Of a stretch of 64,000 bases of DNA, positions 37,805 to 51,118 are shown one piece after another. Made by a program: the position numbers and the translations under genes. The notes beneath the pieces were generated by a model that saw only the letters and a program-made list of their open reading frames with translations, was not told the DNA's origin and did not search any database. The stretch's first letter is position 1. The number at the start of each line of letters is the position of its first letter. This stretch comes from Malacoraja senta (lineage: Eukaryota): assembly GCA_038087875.1 (NCBI GenBank), contig JAXLNO010000200.1, forward strand, positions 1 to 64,000, in the 5' to 3' direction.

Positions 37805-38290
37805 AGAGTCATAGAGTGATAGAGTGTGGAAACAGCACATCGGCCCAACTTGCCCAGAGTGGCCAAGATGTCCCAGCTACATTAGTCCTACCTGCCCACA
37901 TTTGGTCAATCTCCCGGTAAACCTGTCCTATCCATGTACTTGTCTTAATATTGGGATAGTCCCAGCCTCAACTACCTCCTCTGGCAACTTGTTCCATACA
38001 CCCACCATCTTCTGTGTGAAAAAGTTACTCCCCAGATTACTATTAAATCTTTTCCTCTTCAACTTAAAACTATTTCCTCAAATCCTCGATTCACCTTCTC
38101 TGAGCAAGAGATTCTGTGCATCTTCCCGAGCTATTCCTCCCATGATCTTATACACCTCTATAAGATCACCCCACATCTTCCTGCACTCCAAGGAATCCCA
38201 GCCTACTCAACCTCTCCCTATAGCTCAAACCCTCCAGTCCTGGCAACATGCTTGTAAATCTTCTCTGTACCCTTTTCCAGCGTGACAACC
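37805..38290 (-). mobile_element. CR1 3' fragment
   Basis: RVQRRFTSMLPGLEGLSYRERLSRLG. Confidence 0.85.
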
Positions 38291-39089
38291 TGCTGCGTAT
38301 TGCCAGCGTTTTCATTTTGTATCCACCTAGGATGTCTGGTTGAGCATCAGACAACTGGGATGCCCACTTCAGTGCCCTTCCAGCCATTCCTTGCTTGACG
38401 TAACCTGGCACTCTACTACACGAGCATTTCCATTTGAGGATCCCCACTCATCAGCAAGTGCGTTGTCGAGTTCACGTGACTCCCGAAATGATGTGACCTT
38501 ACTGTGCGTACGATACCAAAGATCAGTGAACTGCATCATTATCATGCATGGTTCCATGTCAATCCAGTATGAAAACCATTCCCCTATGGACATGCCATCA
38601 TGTGTTCCCTTGCATAATGCCCACTTCTGTGTATATTTCTCAGTCATGCTTGCGAAAATTATTCCCAATCTCACTCCTGTGGAGCATTACTTTCAGCTCC
38701 TACATTTTGCTTAAGATACACGTAAATAAATGCCATTTGATACGTTTTGTAACACCGGGAAACATCATCACGATATGCATTGCCTGAACAGCAACAATCC
38801 TATTGAAACTACACAGATGTCAAAGCAAGACCCGCAGCAATCAGCAAAGATTTTAAAAAGCTTGGTTATACCGAGTGAGTTGTGGTCAGGATTGAGTTAA
38901 ACATCAAGAAAAGGGAACCTTTCTTGAATTGGCAAACATTCAATGGAAAACCAGCTGGTATGCATGCTTGAATTTTCTGTAAATTCAGCCAAGAGATTAA
39001 AATTTCATTGAGAGTGGTGTGGGGTGGGGTTATATATATATTACCTTAAAGCTGTTTCAAAACATGTTATACTTTTCTCTTTTTCTTTT

Positions 39090-40180
39090 TAGTTTAGAGA
39101 TACAGCATGGAAACAGGCCCTTTGTCCCACCAAGTCCACGCTAACCATAGAAAACCCGTTTACACTAGATTTATATTATCCCATTTCCTACAAATTAGGG
39201 GCCAATTTACAGAAGCCAATTAAACAACAAACCTAATGGGCCTGTCCCACTTATGCATCTTTTTCGGCGACTGCTGGTACCCATCATAGGTCGTTGCAGG
39301 TCGCCAAAAAATTTCAACATGTTGAAAATCCAGCGGCGACCAGAACAAGGTACGAATCTTTGGGCGACTACTGATGACCACACAGGCTTCACCACGCGAC
39401 ATGTCACCTATATGGTCGTGAGGAGTCTCCTCAGTTGACCAAAGAGTTGTAGCGTCTTTTTGGTCGCTGCTGGATTTTCAACATGTCGAAAATTTTCGGC
39501 AAGACCTTTCTTCAGTGGTTAGAGATAAGGGAAATAGATATAGATGGTGATGTGGAGAGATAAAGAACAATGTATGAAAGATATGCAAAAAAGTAACGAT
39601 GATAAAGGAAACAGTCCATTGTTAGCTGTTTGTAGGGTGAAAATGTGAAGCTCATGCGACTTAGTTGGGGGAGGGATAGAGAGAGGCACCTCATCTCATA
39701 TTTTGCTTGGGCTTGGTATGAATATTGATTTCTCTCACCAGGTAACCCCGCATTCCCTCTCTCTCTATCTTTCCCCCACCCAAGTCGTACTAGCTTCTCA
39801 TTTTCACGCTACAAACAGTTCTCTTATCCCTAACCAGTCTGAATAAGTGTCTCAACCCAAAACGTCACCCATTCCTTCTCTCCAGAGTTGCTGCCTGTCC
39901 TGCTGAGTTAATCCAGCTTTTTGTGTCCATCTTTGGTTTAAACCAGCATCTGCAGTTCCTTCTTACACAAACTACAAATCTATATGTCTTTAGGATGTGG
40001 GAGGAAACTGGAGCATTCGGAGAAAACCTACATGGTCACAGCAGGGAGAACGTGCAAACTTCACACAGACAGCACCCGAGCTCAGGATCCAAACCGGGTT
40101 TTTGGCGCCATGAGGCAGGGCTCTGCCAGCTGCACCACTGTGCCGCTGCTGTGCCCGGCACTGCGCTGCGCCACCCGTCT
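39090..40180. mobile_element. Nested cluster: minus-strand SINE split by a Harbinger-like MITE remnant (~39238-39505) and inverted Penelope ends (~39515-39960)
   Basis: SINE tail ~39090-39235 and head ~39970-40180; GGGCCTGTCCCACTT end; ~39625-39690 is inverted relative to ~39755-39820. Confidence 0.65.
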
Positions 40181-40285
40181 GGATAAGTATAATTTCCTAT
40201 TTGTTTCTACAAAGAGCATAGACAAAGTTTAGCCCAAGATTGTGTAAGGAATACTCATCAGTCATCACATTATAAATATACCTAC

Positions 40286-40362
40286 TATATTTTTCCACAA
40301 GCCAAATAACTGGTTGTTTAGACCCATTCTTCATCCAGAAAACTGGAATAAACCATAAGTTA
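40286..40362 (-). CDS. LVRN: Aminopeptidase exon NLWFIPVFWMKNGSKQPVIWLVEKY
   Basis: TCCTTAG acceptor, GTAGGT donor, 77 bp. Confidence 0.92.
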
Positions 40363-41821
40363 CTAAGGAAGAAATAACAGGATAATGGTAGAGATTAATC
40401 TTCTGAGCAATTATTACTATTGAACACTTTATGTGCTGTAAATGCATTTACAAAACTTTTTTTTAAAGTTAAGATAATTTGTCATTCTCTGTTAGTGAAG
40501 TTAAGAAGCATAGGAAATAAACAGAAAATAAACAGTAGAGAAAAATGTTATTTGTATGATTAGTATTAAGTGCATTGGAATACTAGTTGTCTGAATGTGG
40601 GTTTGTTGATGAGCTACAGGCTCAGCAAAGGAATGAAGGAGCAATGTTCTGCCCATATTAATTCCTGTCAGCCGGATGGGATCTTGCCATGGTGGGCAAG
40701 TGTTGGTGAATGAGAGTCCAAATCAATGACAGATGAGAAGTTTGTAAGGAAGATGTTGCTGCCATTTAATGTCACCGTGATATTTTAATTTAAAACTGAT
40801 GTATCAATGCTGGGTTAGGAATCAATACTGGCTCTGAATATACATTCAATAGCAAAACTGCCCGTACTAAACACTGACATCTGGATAATTTCTGAAACTG
40901 ATTTTCCAAAGGTTATGATTGATTCAGAGCCAGATGCATTCTCAGAAGCAAGGCAATGTGCCAAGAAATCATTGCATTTTGGGTGGGACCAAAAAAGGTG
41001 TCAATCTAAAGCCCACCCATAAAGTAACAGGAAATAATTTTGGCAGCCTTTGGCAATAGCAAACTTTCAAACTCAAAATGCTTCAATCAAAAACTATTAA
41101 AACTAATTAAACCATTAATTTGAGTAATTTAAAAATATGTTTTAAATGTTAAAACTAAAATACTCAAAATCTTAAGGGATTTAATTACAAATCTATATTA
41201 ACCAACATCCATGGTAGTTGCCTGCAGCCAGATATCAATGCTTGCAGCCAGATAATGATACCAATGGTACAGTAGGAGTGTTGGTGCCAAGTCTCACTTG
41301 GCTCAGGATATTTGTGCAAAGTACACATGTAAGCCTGGTGTTCATTTCAGCAACTCTGGGTTCTCTTGCTCCATTTTCATGAAGAATTCACATTAAAGGA
41401 GATTCTTAAGAGAGGTTGCAAGCAACTGAACACCATTTTGGGACGTTTGTGTTTGCCTGGTAATCTAGCAGTTGCTCACAATTACAACGTTTGCATTGGC
41501 AAATATGCCATATCTTGGTGTAACAACAGTTTGCCTGCCTGTACTTGATACACAACACCATTTATAGTGTAGATTTTGCAAGGAGTTTACCAGTTAACCT
41601 TGCCAATTCATTATTCAATACATTTCAGATTGGAATGCTACTACCACCACTCATTATTTTTAATAGATGTCAGTGAATAAGAAACTTCAAGGCGCTTCAA
41701 GAACAACTATCCTGGTGCTTGTTACTGAATGAGATTCGGGGTCATTTGAACCCTGACTTACTGACACATCATTGAGAACGAATAACTGACAATACATTAG
41801 GAAGTAGAGTTTCATATGTAC

Positions 41822-41985
41822 TTTAACATGATGTTTTCCATTTCCTTCTCATTGTTATCCTCCTGTGTTATGATGCCACTTGTTGTGTTAACTGTTATTA
41901 AGGGAAATCCTTTCTGCTTTGCCCATGTGTCCAGGATGGTTTTTACTGATGCTGGTAGTTTAATTGCATCTTGACTATCAATAGC
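41822..41985 (-). CDS. LVRN: Aminopeptidase exon AIDSQDAIKLPASVKTILDTWAKQKGFPLITVNTTSG..
   Basis: CACTAG acceptor; W..Q.GFP motif; weak GTACAT donor gives the required phase 2. Confidence 0.88.
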
Positions 41986-42542
41986 CTAGTGAAGCAGAAG
42001 TTACAGATTAGTAATTTATTATTTTTATTTCAGCGGTGAATGTGATTCACACTCAATAAATTCATAATCATTATGTTAGAATTTTAATCTTTTCAGATGG
42101 CTATCATTACATTTCATCCATATTATGCACAAAGACACTGACCAAAGAAATGCTCAATGCTGAATAAATTCTAACTACCTATTAATCACTGGCTTGGATA
42201 TTAATAATGCATTTATATTTAATTGGCATAACACAAAATGCAAACAAAAAGTTAAATAATTGCCAGGTCATATGCAAATGATTAGCAAACCATAATACTG
42301 AATAGGAATGAATTCAAAATCAACTTAAAACTAAACGTTTATGTCTGATTAATGGATTTGAAGGAAAAAAGACACTGAAGAAAGAAACATGTCTGTAATA
42401 AAGATGAAAGTAACCTGCTCTTCATAAGAATTTGGGATTTTAAATACATCCAAATGTTCCATAAGGTTTTCATTTAAAGATAAAGATGACAACATCTTTG
42501 AAACGAAATGATAAAAATAGTGGAATCTGCTTTTGATCCAAC

Positions 42543-45500
42543 AGACAATAGACAATAGACAATAGGTGCAGGAGTAGGCCATTCAGCCCTTCGAGCCAGT
42601 ACTGCCATTTAATGTGATAATGGCTGATCATCCCCAGTCAGTACCCCGTTCATGCTTTCTCCCCATATACCCTGACTCTGCTATCTTTAAGAGCACTATC
42701 TAGCTCTCTCTTGAAAGCATCCAGAGAACCTGCCTCCACCGCCCTCTGAGGCAGAGAATACCACAGACTCACAACCCTCGATGAGAAAAAGTGTTTCCTC
42801 GTCTCCGTTCTAAATGGCTTACCCCTTATTCTTAAACTGTGGCCCCTGGTTCTGTACTCCCCCAACATCGGGAACATGTTTCCTGCCTCTACCGTGTAAA
42901 ACCCTTAACAATCTTAAAGGTTTCAATAAGATCCCCTCTCATCTTTCTAAACTCCAGAGTGTACAAGCCCAGCCACTCCATTCTCTCAGCATATGACAGT
43001 CCCGCCATCCCGGGAATTAACCTTGTAAACCTACGCTGCACTCCCTCAATAGCAAAAATATCCTTCCTTACATTAGGGGACCAAAACTGCACACAATACT
43101 CCAGGTGTGGTCTCACTAGGGCTCTGTACAACTGCAGAAGGACCTCTTTGCTCCTATACTCGACTCCTCTTGTTATAAAGGCCAACATGCCATTCGCTTT
43201 CTTCACTGCCTGCTGTACCTGCATGCTTACTTACATAGACTGATGTTCAAGGACCCCCAGATCCCGTTGTACTTCCCCTTTTCCCAACTTGACGCCATTT
43301 AGATAGTAATCTGTCTTCCTCTTTTTGCTACCAAAGTGGATAACCTCACATTTATCCACATTAAACTTCATCTGCCATGCATCTGCCCACTCCCCCAACC
43401 TGTCCAAGTTACCCTGCATTCTCATAGCATCCGCCTCACAGTTCACACTGCCACCCAGCTTTGTGTCATCTGCAAATTTGCTAATGTTACATTGAATCCC
43501 TTCATCCAAATCATTGACGTATATTGTAAATAGCTGCGGTCCCAGCACCGAGCCTTGTGGTACCCCACTAGTCACTGCCTGCCATTCTGAAAGGGACCCG
43601 TTAATCCCTACTCTTTGTTTCCCGTCTGCCAACCACTTCTCTATCCATGTCGGCACTCTACCCCCAATACCATGTACCCTAATTTTGCCCACTAATCTCC
43701 TATGTGGGACCTTATCAAATGCTTTCTGAAAGTCCAGGTACACTACATCCACTGGCTCTCCCTTGTCCATTTTCCGAGTTACAACTTCAAAGAATTCCAG
43801 AAGATTAGTCAAGAATGATTTCCCCTTTGTAAATCCATGCTGACTTGGACCGATCCTGTTACTGCTATCCAAATGTTCGGCTATCTCATCTTTTTTAATT
43901 GACTCCAGCTTCTTCCCCACCACCGATGTCAGGCTAACTGGTTGATAATTCCCCATTTTCTTTCTCCCGCCTTTCTTAAAAAGTGGGATAACATTAGCTA
44001 CCCTCCAATCCACAGGAACTGATCCTGAGTCTATAGAACATTGGAAAATTATCACCACGATTTCTAGAGCCACTTCCTTAAGTACCCTGGGATGCAGACC
44101 ATCAGGCCCTGGGGATTTATCAGCCTTTATTCCCATCAGTCTATCCAACACCATTTCCTGCCTAATGTGGATTTCCTTCAGTTCCTCTGTCACACCAGAT
44201 CCTCTGGCCACTACTATATCAGGGAGATTGTTTGTGTCCTCCTTACTGAAGACAGATCCAAAGTACCTGTTCAACTCATCTGCCATTTCCTTGTTTCCCA
44301 TAATAAATTCACCTTTTTCGGTCTTCAAGGGTCCAACTTTGGTCTTAACTATTTTTTTCCTCTTCACATACCAAAAGAAGCTTTTACTATCCTGCTTTAT
44401 ATTCTTGGCTAGCTTACCTTCGTACCTCATCTTTTCTCCGCATATTGTCTTTTTGGTTATCTTCTGTTGTTCTTTAAACATTACCCAATCCTCTTGTTTC
44501 CCGCTCATCTTTGCTATGTTGTACTTCTTTGTTTTAATTTTTATACTGTCCCTGACGTCCCTTGTCAGCCATGGTCGTCCCTTTCTCCCCTTGGAATCTT
44601 TCTTCCTCCTAGGAATGAACTGATCCTGCACCTCCTGTATTATTCCTAGAAACACCTGCCATTTTTGTTCCACTGTCATCCCTGCTAGTGTATCTTTCCA
44701 GTCAACTTTGGCCAGCTCCTCCCTCATGGCCCCATAGTCCCCTTTATTCAACTGCAACACTGACACCTCCAATCTACTCTTCTCGCTCTCCAATTGTAGA
44801 TTAAACCTGACCATGTTATGGTCACGGCCTCCTAATGGCTCATTAACCCCGAGGTCCTTTATCAAATCCGGTTCATTACATAACACTAAATCCAGAATTG
44901 CCTTCTCCCTGGTAGGCTCCAATACAAGCTGTTCAAAGAATCCATCACGAAGGCACTCTACAAAGTCCCTTTCTTGGGGTCCAATACCAACCTGATTTTC
45001 CCAGTCTACCTGCATGTTGAAATCTCCCATAACATCAACAGCATTACTTTTATTACATGCCAATTTTAACTCCTGATTCAACTTGCGCCCTATGTCCAGG
45101 CTACTGTTTGGGGGCCTGTAGATTAGTCCCATTAGGGTATTTTTACCCTTACAATTCCTTAGTTCTATCCATACTGACTCCACATCTCCTGTTTCAATGT
45201 CACCCCTTGCAAGGGACTGAATTTCATTCCTCACCCCACCCCCTCTGCCCACCTGTCTGTCTTTTTGATAGGAGGTATACCCTTGAATATTCAGTTCCCA
45301 GCCCTGGCCCTCTTGCAGCCATGTCTCAGTAATTGCCACAACATCCCACTCGTCCACTTTATTCCTTATACTTCGTGCATTCATATACAGCACTTTGACC
45401 TCCGTATTCACTTCCCCCCTCGAACCACTCACAATTGGCCCTGACCTTACTCTGTTGTCCATTCTCAAGCTTTCCTTCCCATTAATTCGAGAATCTTTTG

Positions 45501-45722
45501 TAATTTTTCCTGTAGCCACTTCCCCTTGAACTCCATCTTTATAGTCCCAATTTGTCAATCCCTCCCCCCACTATTTAGTTTAAACCCACACGTGTAGCCT
45601 TAACAAACCTGCCTGCCAGAATGTCGGTCCCCCTCCAGTTAAGGTGTAACCCGTCCCTTTTGTACAGGTCACCCCTACCACAGAAGAGATCCCAGTGGTC
45701 TATAAATCTAAATCCTTGATTA
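42543..45722 (-). mobile_element. CR1 LINE of another subfamily with near-complete ORF2
   Basis: ORF 43231-45558 (775 aa APE-RT) and 42889-43224; ORF1 end YKRDGLHLN; (TCTATTG)n tail. Confidence 0.95.
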
Positions 45723-46314
45723 TTTTCTGCAATTGGAAAACTGGACCAATCTCTTTTCACTTTAGCCATTTATTCTGATTGGATCCACAAGAGTTCAGCC
45801 ACTTAAAATAAAAACGGAAAACGCTGGAAACCGGAGGACCCAGAGGAAACCCATTAGAGAATGTGCAAAGTCCACACAGACAGCACCCAAGGTGAGGATT
45901 GAACCCGGGTCTCGGACGCTATGAGGCAGCAGATCTACCAGCTGTCATTGTGCCTCCCCCCCTCCACAGAGTACATGGGTACTGGATCTTTCCATTCTCT
46001 GTTGATTGTTGTGAAGATTCTGCCACTGACCTCATCTGTCAGAATGTTTACCATTTCCTACAACTCAGTCTTCCAGGTTCCCATCTCTCTTGCTGCACTC
46101 TGACCACACTGCACTGCATCACCGTCAGTAGTGTCAGGCTTCAAACATCCATGGCTTGCAAGGTAGCACATTGGCATTCATGGTGGTGATCAATGGTGCA
46201 TAACATGTTTTTGGTCATCCCATCTGTAAATTTCACTGGCACAAATATGACCTGCAAAACACTAATGCTATTGCAAGCTTTCTAATAACTGAACTGAAAG
46301 ACAGAGTGTACAAT

Positions 46315-46675
46315 AAGAAACTGCAGATGCTGGTTCACCAAGCAAAGACACAAATTGTTGGAGTAACTCAGCAGGACAGACAGCATCCCTGGAGAACGTG
46401 GACAGGTGACATTTCGGGGTCGGGACCCTTCTAATCTGATGAAGGGCCCTGACCCGAAACGTCACCTATCCATGTTTTCCAAGGATGCTGCCTGACCCAT
46501 TGAGTTACTCCAACAACTTGTGTCATAACCTAAAGCCAAATTAATTATCCTGACCAGTATGGCATAGAAAACCAGCTTTATAGGTGCACTTTAAATAAAC
46601 AAAATTCCTTCCAATGGATTCTCTCAGGTCCCTCATTTCAGGCCTTCTTTTGAAAACCAGCATCTGCAGTTCCTT
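46315..46675. mobile_element. Palindromic Penelope-end-derived element with hammerhead-like core
   Basis: Arms 46347-46431 and 46441-46524 are inverted; CTGATGA-AGGGCCCTGACCC-GAAACGTC at 46436-46463. Confidence 0.75.
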
Positions 46676-47345
46676 CTATCTCCTATCAATGTATCCATGG
46701 GATTTGTTCTATGTGCCTCAGTAACGGACCACTACAGATCATCTCTTGCACTACCATGGACATGTTTCCTGATTGAGTATTTTTGCCTTCACATCTTTTC
46801 TTTTTGCACAATCTTTTCTTTTTCATTGCAATGCATAATTTGTTTCTGTTTTGTCTGAGTCTATGAACCTGTGATGCTGTTGTAAGCAAGATTATCAGTG
46901 CACCTGTACCTCAGTGGATATGGCAGTAAATTGATCTTGACTTAACTTCTTCAAGTATAGTCCTTAGTTTTCTTTCCAACAGTGAATGAATTTTCTTTTG
47001 GTTCCATGTGATTCTTCACAAGGAAGAAAAATAAGATTGTACATTCCACATCTCCAGAATGACTATATGACTACTGGAAGCTCAGCAGCAGATAGGGCGG
47101 CATGGTGACGCAGTGGTACTTATTCAAACTTATTCAAAAAATCCATTCACATGTATTTTTTAAAGTCTGATTTCAATAAACTGGTTTACTTCTACAACAT
47201 ACACACAGCAAACAATATCTGTTATAGCTCAAAAACTATGGAACAGAGAAAAAAAAATCTAAAGTAGTTAAGTATTCAAAGGATGCTTAATATTTATAAC
47301 TGTTCCTTATTACATTACATCTATTGAAACTTGTGCAAAACTCAC

Positions 47346-47411
47346 CATCTGCAAATGATTCCACATATCATCGGTCACAGTATTTGAATAAGAAAATGTC
47401 TTGAGGTATGA
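47346..47411 (-). CDS. LVRN: Aminopeptidase exon SYLKTFSYSNTVTDDMWNHLQM
   Basis: CTTACAG acceptor, GTGAG donor, 66 bp. Confidence 0.95.
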
Positions 47412-47574
47412 CTGTAAGAAAAAGGAAAACGGAACTGCTATTCAAACAAATAAGCAGCATTGTTGTGAACAGAAACGCAAAGTCCTAAAAATGTTTAAAT
47501 CACAATATGAAATGTAAACTCAATTAATAGAGAGATTACTGATACAGACCAGGGAAAAACCTTCATAAACTCAC

Positions 47575-47640
47575 CCGGAGTCCTTTTGCAAGTAGCTCCT
47601 TTGTCATAATACGGGAAGCTATGGCGATAACATTAGCACC
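47575..47640 (-). CDS. LVRN: Aminopeptidase exon GANVIAIASRIMTKELLAKGLR
   Basis: CATAG acceptor, GTGAGT donor, 66 bp. Confidence 0.92.
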
Positions 47641-47819
47641 CTATGTAGAGAAAGATTAAAATGTTTATGTTGATAACAGTCATAAAGCCATAAAGCTTGG
47701 CCCTTCATTCAACTCATTCATGCCCCCCTCAGATACTTCACCTAAGCTTGTCCCATTTCCCTGCAATTGGTCTATACCCTTCTAAACCTCTCCTATCCAT
47801 GTATCAGTCCACATATCTT

Positions 47820-48165
47820 TAGTTCAGTTTATTATTGTCACGTGTACTGTGGTACAGTGAAAAAATTTCATTTGCATGCTATCCAGTCATAGAAAAGACA
47901 GTACATGAATCCAATCAAGGCCATCACAGTGCTGAGATAAAGGATAAAGGTACAACATTTAGTGCAAGTTATAACATTGAAGTCTGATAAAGTTTGATTA
48001 AAGATAGTTCAAGGCCTCTAATGAGGTAGATGGGAGATCAGAACCACACTCTAGTGAGATCTGTTCAGTTGCCTGTTAACAGACGGGAAGAAACTGTCAC
48101 TGAATCTGGTGGTGTGTGGGAAGAGGGGAGAAGAAGGAATGACTGGGGTGAGACTGGTCCTTAAA
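47820..48165 (-). mobile_element. Old Rex1/Babar-type 3' end; a similar one lies at ~48725-49380
   Basis: TTTATTATTGTCACGTGTAC..GGTACAGTGAAAA and GGGAAGAAACTGTCACTGAATCTGGTGG. Confidence 0.55.
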
Positions 48166-49564
48166 TATACTAACTGGTTCTTGTTGTTATTATAGTTGTT
48201 TTTTTTAAATTGTATCCTAAAGATGGTCCCTGCAGCTAATGATTTAATGTCCTTATCAGATCACGAAAGGCTTATTCATTGTAAATCTAGCATAAATATT
48301 AATCTCCAGGATAGAAGATATCTCAAGGTGCACGATTCAAATCTACTCCCGAAAGATGACATGAAATCCTGTTCATATTATTATTGGAAGGATTTCATAT
48401 GATTGGATTTGTGGCAATCTCTGTTCATTTTGAGGGCAACAGCCTTTCGTTTAAAAATTACAGTAATTTATTGTATCAGTAAACACCATTAGCTAGCCGG
48501 CAGTGCCAGATAGAGCCATCAGCTAGGTGTGATGCCTGAATGTGTCCCCTCACACTTATCCACTTGCAGTTTATTCTCCAATTACTTATCACTTTAGTAA
48601 ATTTAGCCAAACTGAACACAAGGAAAAGACAAAACCTTAAGAGTTCATTTGTGCATAAATGTGTGAAATAGTTTATCTCACTGTCGTTTGTGTGTTATTT
48701 TTCTCTGTCCACCTTTCTGCAAGGTATTGGTATTGGTTTATTATTTACACGCGTACCGAAATACCGTGAAAATCTTCACTTTGTGTGTATCCAGGTAAAT
48801 TATACCAATAGGACACAAAGTGCTGGAGTGACTCAATGGGTCAGGCAGCATGTCTGGAGAACATGGAGAGGTGATGTTTCAGGTCAAGATCCTTCTTCAG
48901 AAAACCAGCATCTGCAATTCCTTGTTTTTAAATTATACTAAACATGAGTGCAATCAAAACATACACGAGGACAACAGAATGCAGAATATAGTGTTGCAAC
49001 TGCAGTTACAGTAGAGTTACAATTACAACCACAGAGAAAATATAGTTTAAAAAAGTGCAAGGGCAGCAACAGAGTATATTAGAAGATTGGAAATGTGTCC
49101 TTAACATAAGAGAGGTCCATTCAAGAGTATGATAAAGTGAGGAACAAGCTATTCTTGAATCTAGTGATCAATGCTTTCAAGCGTTTGTATCTTCTGCCCA
49201 CCGGAGAGGGGAGAACAGAGGATGACTGGGGTGTGGGTGGCATTTGATTATGTTGGCTACATTTCCAAAACATTGTGAAGTGTAGATGGAGTCAATGGGG
49301 AGTGGCTGCAGGGGCTCCTTTGCCAGAAGGATTGGGCTATGTTCCCAACTCTCTGCAACTTCTTGTGGTCTTTGATATATTAGTTCATCAGTACAAATAC
49401 ATAGATACCACGTGCCCTCTATCAGCTAGGCCTTGTGTAAATTACACACAACAGCATGAATGAAAGTTGCATAATGCATTATGATTATTGATTGACTTTG
49501 ATTGGCTTTGTTATTTCTGGACCATCATTCTGGAAACCACTCCAAATACTGAAAGATGTTCTGT

Positions 49565-50812
49565 ATATCTCTCGTCATGTATTTGCGCAAACTATCTCTC
49601 ACTGACTTCATCCATTTCACCACTAACTTCCATCTGGCACTCAAATAGACTTGGACCATTTCCGACATCTCCCTACCATTTCTAGACCTCACTATCTCCA
49701 TCGCAGGTGACAGACTACTGACCGGCATCTACTATAAACCCACTGACTCCCATGGCTATCTGGACTACACTTCTTCCCACCCTGCTCCCTGAAAGGACTC
49801 CATCCCCTACTCCCAATTCCTCCATCTACGCCGCATCTGCACCCAGGATGAGGTGTTCCAAACCAGGGCATCGGAGATGTCCTCATTCTTTAGGGAGCGG
49901 GGATTCCCGTCTACTACAATAGATGAGGCTCTCACCAGGGTCTCTTCTATACCCCGTAACTCTCCTCTCACTGCCCAATCACCCCACTCGTAACAAAGTC
50001 AGAGTCCCCCTTGTCCTGACCTTCCACCTTACCAGCCGTCACATACAACAAATAATCCTCCGACATTTTCGCCACCTCCAACGGGATCCCACCACTGGCC
50101 ACATCTTCCCATTTCCTCCCCTTTCGGCTTTTCGCAGAGACCGCTCCCTCCGTAATTCCCTGGTCAATTTGTCCCTTCCCACCCAAACCACCCCCTCTCT
50201 GGCACTTTCCCTTGCAACCGCAGGAAATGCTACACTTGTCGCTTTAGCTCCCCCCTTGACTCCATCCAAGGACTCAAGCAGTCTTTCCACATGCGGCAGA
50301 GGTTCACCTGCACCTCCTCCAACCTCATCTATTGCATCCGTTGCTCCCAGTGTCAGCTGCTTTATATCGGTGAGACCAAGCGTAGGCTTGGCGATCGCTT
50401 CGCCCAACAACTCCGCTCGGTTCGCAATAACCAACCTGATCTCCCGGTGGCTCAACCCTTCAACTCCACCTCCCATTCCGAAGCCGACCTTTCTGTCCTG
50501 GGCCTCCTCCATGGCCAGAGTGAGGCCCACCGTAAATTGGAGGAGCAGCACCTCATATTTCGCTTGGGTATTTTACACCCCAGTGGTATGAACATTGACA
50601 TCTCCAATTTTAGGTAGTCCCTGCTTTCTGCTACATTCCCCTCCCCTTCGCAGCTCTCCCACAGCCCACTGTCTCCCCCTCTTCCTTTCTTCTTCTTCCC
50701 CCCACCCCCACATCAGTCTGAAGAAGGGTCTCGATCCGAAACGTCGCCTATTTCCTTCGCTCCATAGATGCTGCCTCTCCCGCTGAGTTTCTCCAGAATC
50801 TTTGTCTACCTT
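49565..50812 (+). mobile_element. Penelope-like element, 5'-truncated (RT C-terminus, GIY-YIG endonuclease, terminal region)
   Basis: PFLDLTISI..YYKPTDSHGYLDYTSSHP; FTCTSSNLIYCIRCSQCQLLYIGETKRRLGDRF; contains stops and frameshifts. Confidence 0.92.
50714..50750 (+). ncRNA. Putative minimal hammerhead ribozyme in the Penelope end
   Basis: CUGAAGA-A-GGGU(CUCG)AUCC-GAAA-CGUC; stem I pairing is very short. Confidence 0.55.
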
Positions 50813-51001
50813 AAACACTTCTCACAAACTAATCAGTTTTGATCCTTTACTCATCAAAGAGCCACCCAGGAAATCTCCTCTGAAAGTTAATTCTCATTGG
50901 ATTATAAAAATTCAACTGTACCTGCAAACATTTGGATTTCTTCGATGACTCATAAACAAGCTGAAATCCAGTTGTCATTGTTTATTTGAATTGAAATTTA
51001 C

Positions 51002-51118
51002 CTTATTGTAAGTAACGCCGCTGAACATTTGGTTGATTTCGTCTGGTGTTCTTACATAGCGTTCCTTCTCAGACACAGCGTGCAGGTGAAGTAATTCTTC
51101 AGTTAATATTGTGTTATC
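51002..51118 (-). CDS. LVRN: Aminopeptidase exon DNTILTEELL..RTPDEINQMFSGVTYNK, includes the catalytic Tyr
   Basis: TTGCAG acceptor (5' boundary less certain), GTAAAT donor, 117 bp. Confidence 0.85.

Noticed and set aside
20280..45332. Many antisense ORFs over the CR1 copies
   Set aside because: Shadow frames of LINE ORF2, repeated in each copy.
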